The notes under the pieces: model-generated
The model's database searches: none
The model's input: the letters and a program-made list of their open reading frames with translations, nothing else
Told to the model about the DNA's origin: nothing
Shown: positions 58,301 to 64,000 of the stretch, piece by piece
Position numbering within the stretch: position 1 is the stretch's first letter
Layout: the number at the start of each line of letters is the position of its first letter
Position numbers and translations under genes: made by a program
Assembly (NCBI GenBank): GCA_037447605.1
Contig: CM074821.1
Coordinates: 744,001-808,000 of the forward strand
Reading direction: 5' to 3'
Source of the DNA: Zygnema circumcarinatum SAG 698-1b
Taxonomy: Eukaryota; Plantae; Zygnematophyceae
Length of the DNA stretch: 64,000 nucleotides

Positions 58301-60200
58301 GTTCTTCAAATTTCGTGTAAACTGAATGCAAATTTCGTGTTCCACTTGTGCTTGTTGCAGGTTCTGTCAAAGTATCAAGGAATACCCGTTGCTTTCCGAG
58401 TAGGCCAAGATGAAGGTAAGGGAGTAGAAAAAGTAAAGCAGAAAAACTGAGGTTTCTATGTTCGCAACTGAGTTTTTTTCCTCTTCTTTTTTGCACGAAT
58501 TGTGATGGGGTGCAAATGGGGTGTAGCAGGCATCATGCGCTCGCTGCTGTCTCTGATTGGCTGGCCGATTCAACGCTTCAATATCCATTTTTTGGAGACC
58601 GAAAATCTTTTCTTTGCAGAAAAACTTTTGGCTCCTGCCCATGCTTTCTGTGCTCAGCCAAGTGGCAACATTTTGAAGGTGCGTTCGAGGTTCCATGCAA
58701 TGATGCAGTTAGAAAATTTGTTAAACCCAACGGTGGGATTGCATAGAGGGGGCTGGTAGGAGATAGAGCGGGTCTTTGAGAGTAGAAAGAAGTCTGGGAT
58801 CGTTTCAAATTTCTTAAGCAGATTTGCCTACAGAAAAGGAAAGGCCCACTCGGGAAGCATAGAGAAGGAGAAATTCATCCTTCCAAGAAGGGTCTCTGGA
58901 ATATGTTTGGAAGCTTTCCCCTCTGGAAACCCCTCAAAATGCAGACTCTACTCCTTGAGTTTCTGTACAAGCATCGTCCATTTCCTTGCAGCTGACTCGA
59001 ATCTCATCTCCTACAGGAATCTCACTCTTCTCTCTTCTCTCTGTCTCTCTCTCTCTCGTCTTCTTCTTCTTCTTCTTCGTCTTCGTCTTCGTCTTCGTCT
59101 TCGTCTTCTTTCTTCTTCTTCTTCTTCTTCTTCTTCTTCTTCTTCTGCTTCTTTCTTCTTCTTCTTCTACTTTTACTTCTTCTTCGTCTTCTTCTTCTTC
59201 TAACATTTGAGAACACCTGAAAGCCTTCAAGGTACCCTTGCTGTGTGCCATATTTGAGTTTTTCAAACGAGAATGTGTGAATGGCAGCACATGCGAGAAG
59301 ACGTTCTGAAGCTCTCCCATGACCAGCCATCGGAGGAGGAGGAGAGGGAGAGGACGGCAAAGGAGGGAGTCATCATCTTTGGAAGGAGGCAGAAGGGAAA
59401 ATCTCGATACTTGCCCTCTGAAGGGGCCATCCTGCAGGGCTTGCACGACCGCTATTCAGTGAGAAATTCGACTCTGTTCTTCTTAAGATTTCAAAGTTTG
59501 AGCTTTTGGAGTTTTTATCGACACATTGTGGCTATACTGAAGTTATTTTTTTATTTTTTATTTTTTTCGTTTGGGGTGGGGGGGGGGGGGGGCAGGAAGA
59601 GCGAGTTGTGAGCTTCTATGGGAACATGAGTTTGGATGAAACAAGAAATTTGTTCAAAAGGGGAGTGTTGTACATCGGCGCGCATGGAGCAGGGTTGACC
59701 AACATGGTCTTTCTCCGCCCGGGAATGGCAATTCTTGAAATTCGACCTGACCAGGTGCAGTGAATCTCATCACTCCAGACATTCGTTTTGGAATCAGTAC
59801 TCTTTATCATTCAACAATGACTAGTACTAATTCTAACTTGCCTTCCAGCTCTTCGTTGGATTTCCAGAAGTTACAGAGAACCTGAAAATGTTTGTCACCA
59901 TTTGCATGGAGAGAACTGCAGCTTTTACGGAACGGTAACGGAATTTTGACACATGGAAATTGTGCATGGAAGTGAGGCCATGCCTCATGCCGTGTTCATG
60001 TTTTTGTTGATTCGATTTGTGGAGCGCAGTATGTGAATTCATGCTACCATTACTTGGCCGAGCACTGCCAGCTGGCGTACCACTGCGTGATTGGCCGAGG
60101 GGACTTTGGGAGCGAACTTGAAGTCAACGCTTCCGCGGTGCTGGACATGGCCGCCGAAATTTTTACCCTTAAGAAATTTCCGGCAAAAATCTCAAAGTGA
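55327..60200 (+). CDS. Glycosyltransferase family 61 (DUF563) type-II membrane protein
   Basis: Exons 55327-55666, ~56002-56311, ~57346-57399, ~57672-57791 (these three junctions uncertain), 58080-58182, 58361-58415, 58530-58678, 59288-59458, 59596-59754, 60030-60200. Motifs ENFYHIIAELLP, RRQKGKSRYL, IGAHGAGLTNMVFL and NSCYHYLA; N-terminal transmembrane segment. Confidence 0.82.
59058..59200. repeat. (TTC)n/(TCG)n microsatellite in a GT61 intron
   Basis: Direct inspection. Confidence 0.9.
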
Positions 60201-60587
60201 ATTGTGGGGTTTTAGGGTTCAAGGTTTTGTGGTTTCGTGGTTTTGGAGATTTGGGTTCGCGGAGAGCATTCTTTGTTGTACAGTGTTCAGAATTTTTTTT
60301 GGAAATTTTTACATGCACAGTTTGGTTCAATTGGGATTTTTGCGGATCATATTGGCGTTGTCAGACTTAAAAAGTTGTTCGTAAGTTTGAGACCAGAACG
60401 TGTACTCGGTGACATCGCGATTCGGCTGTGGCGGAGTACTTCTTCCGAAACTTTCTTGTTCGTAAGATTTTGTCAATTCTGACACACCCTCTTGCGGCGA
60501 GTCGGGTTGAGTTCAATCCGATTTGGCGCTTTTCAGCTCTCCATCGAACGCGAATGGTCCCATGTGGCGCTCACATGTACATGGTAA

Positions 60588-61018
60588 CCCTAATAAAATC
60601 CTAAATTCTAAACCCCAACCCTAAACTCTAAACCCCTAAAACCTAGAACCTAAGCTTAAACCCTAATCCTTCACTCTTAACCCTAAACTCTAGCCCTAAA
60701 CCCGGTACAGTACCCTAGACCCTAACCCTAAACCATAAACCCGCTAACCTAGACTCTACCCCTAAGCCCGGTACCCTGGACCCTGACCCTAAACCATGTA
60801 CCCTAGACCCTGACCCTAAACCCGGTACCCTAGACCCTGACCCTAAACCCGATACCCTAGACCCTGACCCTAAACCCGGTACCCTAGACCCTGACCCTAA
60901 ACCCGGTACCCTAGACCCTGACCCTAAACCCGGTACCCTAGACCCTGACCCTAAACCCGGTACCCTAGACCCTAACCCTTAACCCTGTACCCTAGACCCT
61001 GACCCTAACCCTAAACTC
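60588..61018 (+). repeat. Telomere-derived array containing a 27-bp higher-order repeat
   Basis: Degenerate CCCTAAA units grade into about 9-10 copies of CCCTAGACCCTGACCCTAAACCCGGTA (about 60747-61015). Confidence 0.92.
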
Positions 61019-61735
61019 TAACTCGAACAAGAGCGACGTGGAGTCGAGCTTAACCTCGCCTCTTGCTCAAATTGTGGAGATTGACCAATGACGGACTGCC
61101 ACGTGGCACAAAACTTCTGGGAGTCTCGAGCGGATGGAAAAAAAAAGTGCATCTCTGGGCCAATGGGAGCATCCGGGAGAGGATGTGCACGTGGCAATGT
61201 CTCATTGGACCACAAAGTCACAAAGACAAGCCATGAATGGAACTTGGCTCCTAGGCCCAACAACACAATACGGCTCTAGAAGGAGAAACTTTGTTATTAT
61301 TATTTTTATTTTTGCTAAATTTTGATTCCTGGACTGACAATACATTATTGAAATAACCGACATTTCGTATTCGGGTCGCGAAAAATATCTTCCCGAGGAC
61401 ACGTGTCGCGCCCACAGCGCGGCGTTTCGGTGGGTCCGCGTTGTCGGTTTGCGGCCGCCAGGCGCGGACAAAACCGCCAGACCGTCAGACAGGGCATCCA
61501 TGCTGCCCTGTTCTGTATGAAAGAACGCTAACTCTATGTCAAAAAGTCAATAAATTTGTGTAACAATTTTGAGGTGCGTATTGCGCATGGAACGGGGCCC
61601 TCCGAGGCGTCCAGCGAGACGTTGCAGGTTCGCACTTGCGAAGACTGAAGGGCTGACTTTGGAGCAAAGCTTGCACCGTTTCCCTACCTCCTCCTGCAGC
61701 AGAAGGCCCTTGCAGAGGCTGCTGCTGCTGCAAAC

Positions 61736-63829
61736 ATGGCTACCACGCACTTTGAGCATGCTTGGAAGGTAATGTACCGCTTAATGTCATATTGTTTAAT
61801 GGTTTTGAGTGGATGGATAAGGGGGCTATTATCTGGATTTGAACAGGATTCCGAGCGTTTTCTGGTTTTGTTTGGTAGAGGAAGGAGAGACAGGGCCAAG
61901 AATTTCAGCAGAAATGTCATTCTTTTTCAATTGAATAGGTGCTATCTTTGCTGGGAGATTCGAAAGAGTTTGAAGCAGCAAAAGCAGGGGGCGTGATTTT
62001 GGATGTGATGGTTCAGCAAGAACTGGATGGAATTGTTTAAGGAAAAGATAGGTTTCTGTGTATATGTGATGTTTTTGTCGGTTGCGATCTCGGAAGTTGA
62101 ACTCATATGTGAGAACGCACCAAAAAGAACGATAACAAGATCGAATTGCTTATGTTCGTTTTTAGCCTGTCTGAATGTGAGATACATAACAAACATCTGC
62201 ATTTTTCTGCATAATAAGTTCATTAAGCCTGACCTGCAATGACATTTGCATGCAGTATCTCACTGATAACTTCACGGATTTTCAACTCGCTGCTTTGGGA
62301 AGCTTCATCATTCACGAGAGCGTCTTTTTCGGTGCTGGCATCCCGTACTTATTGCTTGATATTGCAAACATTCGAAAGTATAAGATTCAGGTGAGCTCGT
62401 ATCCGTGTTTGAAAGCTTGGTTTGGCTGCAGGTTTCATGCAAACGAACCGTTATGCGAAGATATGAACTTTTGTCGGAGCTTTTTCGTATCTTGACGATG
62501 AATGTTTACCTGTGACTGGAACAGAGGTGTCTCTTCTTTTATTCTTTGGCTCTTTCTGCATGTTGAGAGTCTAATTGGTCTGCAGACGCTTCCGTAATCT
62601 TTGTTCGTTCGAGTGACTTGGTAGTGCTTCATTAGAGGTGTCTGCATTTCTGTGCTCCTGCCTCATTTCACTCTTGAAGGGATCTGTTTTCCACATATGC
62701 GCTCTGCAACTGATGTGCTTTTTTTGAATGCTTTGCATTAACCACTGCTTATGTAATGTTGAAGTATGTGGGTGATAACTGTTGCAGGAACGCTCAAACT
62801 CTTTTGCAGCTCAGCGCAGATGCATCGTAATGCTCCTAGTTTATCATTTCTGCGTCAATCTTCCAATAATGATAATCTCTTATCCTATCTTCAAGTCCAT
62901 GGGTTTCACAGCATCCCTTCCACTACCTTCCTGGTGAGCTGTTTACCAGTGCTATTGCTGTGGCCATTATTTTTAATTGTAGGCATGCCTCTGTGATCAA
63001 ATTGCAAGTTTGAGGCTGAGCGAGTAGGTCTGCTCTTTGCAGGTCGACTGTGGGCATACAAATTCTCTTTTACTTCATATTGGAAGACTTCGTTTTCTAC
63101 TGGGGACACCGTCTATTGCATACGAAGTGGCTGTACAAGCACATTCACAGTGTTCACCATGAGTAAGCAGACTATTGAGCCTCTGCAAAAATTGAGCCTC
63201 TTTACTTCTGCTGATTAGATTTGTGAACAAGTGGCTGATTTTCCAGCGGAAATACTCTGAGTTTTTCTTTTGAATGCTTCCCTTCAATCTCATTTGCGCA
63301 ACAAAATACTTCCGAGTTAACAGTACAGTTCAATGATACTGTGCCATTGAATCTCCTCTGCAGATATGCTACTCCGTTTGGCCTGACGTCAGAATATGCG
63401 CATCCTTTGGAGATACTGTTTCTTGGTTTGGCAACCACTCTTGGCCCTGCGTTGACAGGCCCACACCTCTTCACTCTTTGGCTCTGGATGAGTGTTCGAG
63501 TGCTTGAGACCATTGAAGCTCATAGCGGCTATGACTTTCCATGGAGTCCGTCCAGATTTTTCCCGTTGTATGGCGGGTGAGTAACTTGCTTACCTGTCCA
63601 TGAAGATCTAAGTTAGGTCTGCGAGTCGAAGTCGTATCCGTGATAAGTAACCGAGCTTGTAGTTGAAATGGTGTTTCGATGGTGTTATTTTCAGGATATT
63701 TTTCATTGATTGGTGTACCATGGATGCTGGGGGTTGATAATGCTGCAGGGCTGAATTTCATGACTACCACCACAGGCTCCTCTACACCAAGTCTGGAAAC
63801 TATGCCTCAACCTTCGTCTATATGGACTG
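61736..63829 (+). CDS. SMO2: Sterol C4-methyl oxidase 2 (partial; last exon lies beyond the window)
   Basis: Exons 61736-61768, 62256-62390, 62788-62933, 63043-63162, 63364-63576, 63749-63829 are in frame. His boxes HRLLH, HSVHH and HDYHH; motifs YAHPLE and EAHSGYDFPWS. Confidence 0.95.
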
Positions 63830-64000
63830 GTAAGTGGTTTGCATACGATATGTTAAACCTACTTATTATTGGAAGTTTCTTTCGTCGATGATGACTGTCC
63901 ACCAACTCTCCTGCTTTGTTACCACCCCTAGTCTCGTTTACCGTGACTTTAACTGACCAATATTCTCAGTTTTTGTTCTTCTTATCACGCCTCTTCAGGC

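Noticed and set aside
58800-59050. Open frames inside a GT61 intron
   Set aside because: Flanking exons (58678 to 59288) join in phase without them, and they show no GT61 similarity.
60747-61015. Possible CRISPR-like array
   Set aside because: Head-to-tail 27-bp units with no unique spacers, built from telomeric subunits, in a eukaryotic context without cas genes.

Overview
Intron-rich eukaryotic nuclear DNA from the green-plant lineage, probably a streptophyte alga or early-diverging land plant (TTTAGGG-type repeats, plant-type orthologues). The species cannot be determined from the sequence. I spliced genes by hand from GT(GC)-AG boundaries and frame continuity. Host genes: partial condensin-II kleisin CAP-H2, plastid-type GLYR2, a small LRR protein, a photolyase-like/alpha-beta-hydrolase fusion, two paralogous MYB genes (one R3-only, one R2R3), PIG-T, a secreted fungal-type S41 peptidase, an atypical PFA-DSP/OCA-type phosphatase, a GT61 glycosyltransferase and partial SMO2. 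Between them is a dense set of DNA transposons: an intact hAT transposase element, several MITEs and foldback elements, and a Mutator-like cluster at about 48.8-55.1 kb. That cluster encloses a full-length but disrupted ornithine-cyclodeaminase/SARD4-like gene and a catalytic-core-deleted MULE/FAR1 ORF. Long microsatellites (including a ~1.67 kb GA tract), telomere-derived arrays and three 10-N gaps (2237-2246, 33807-33816, 55032-55041) are also present. Family calls come from recalled motifs, not database searches. No rRNA, tRNA, snRNA or CRISPR array was recognised.
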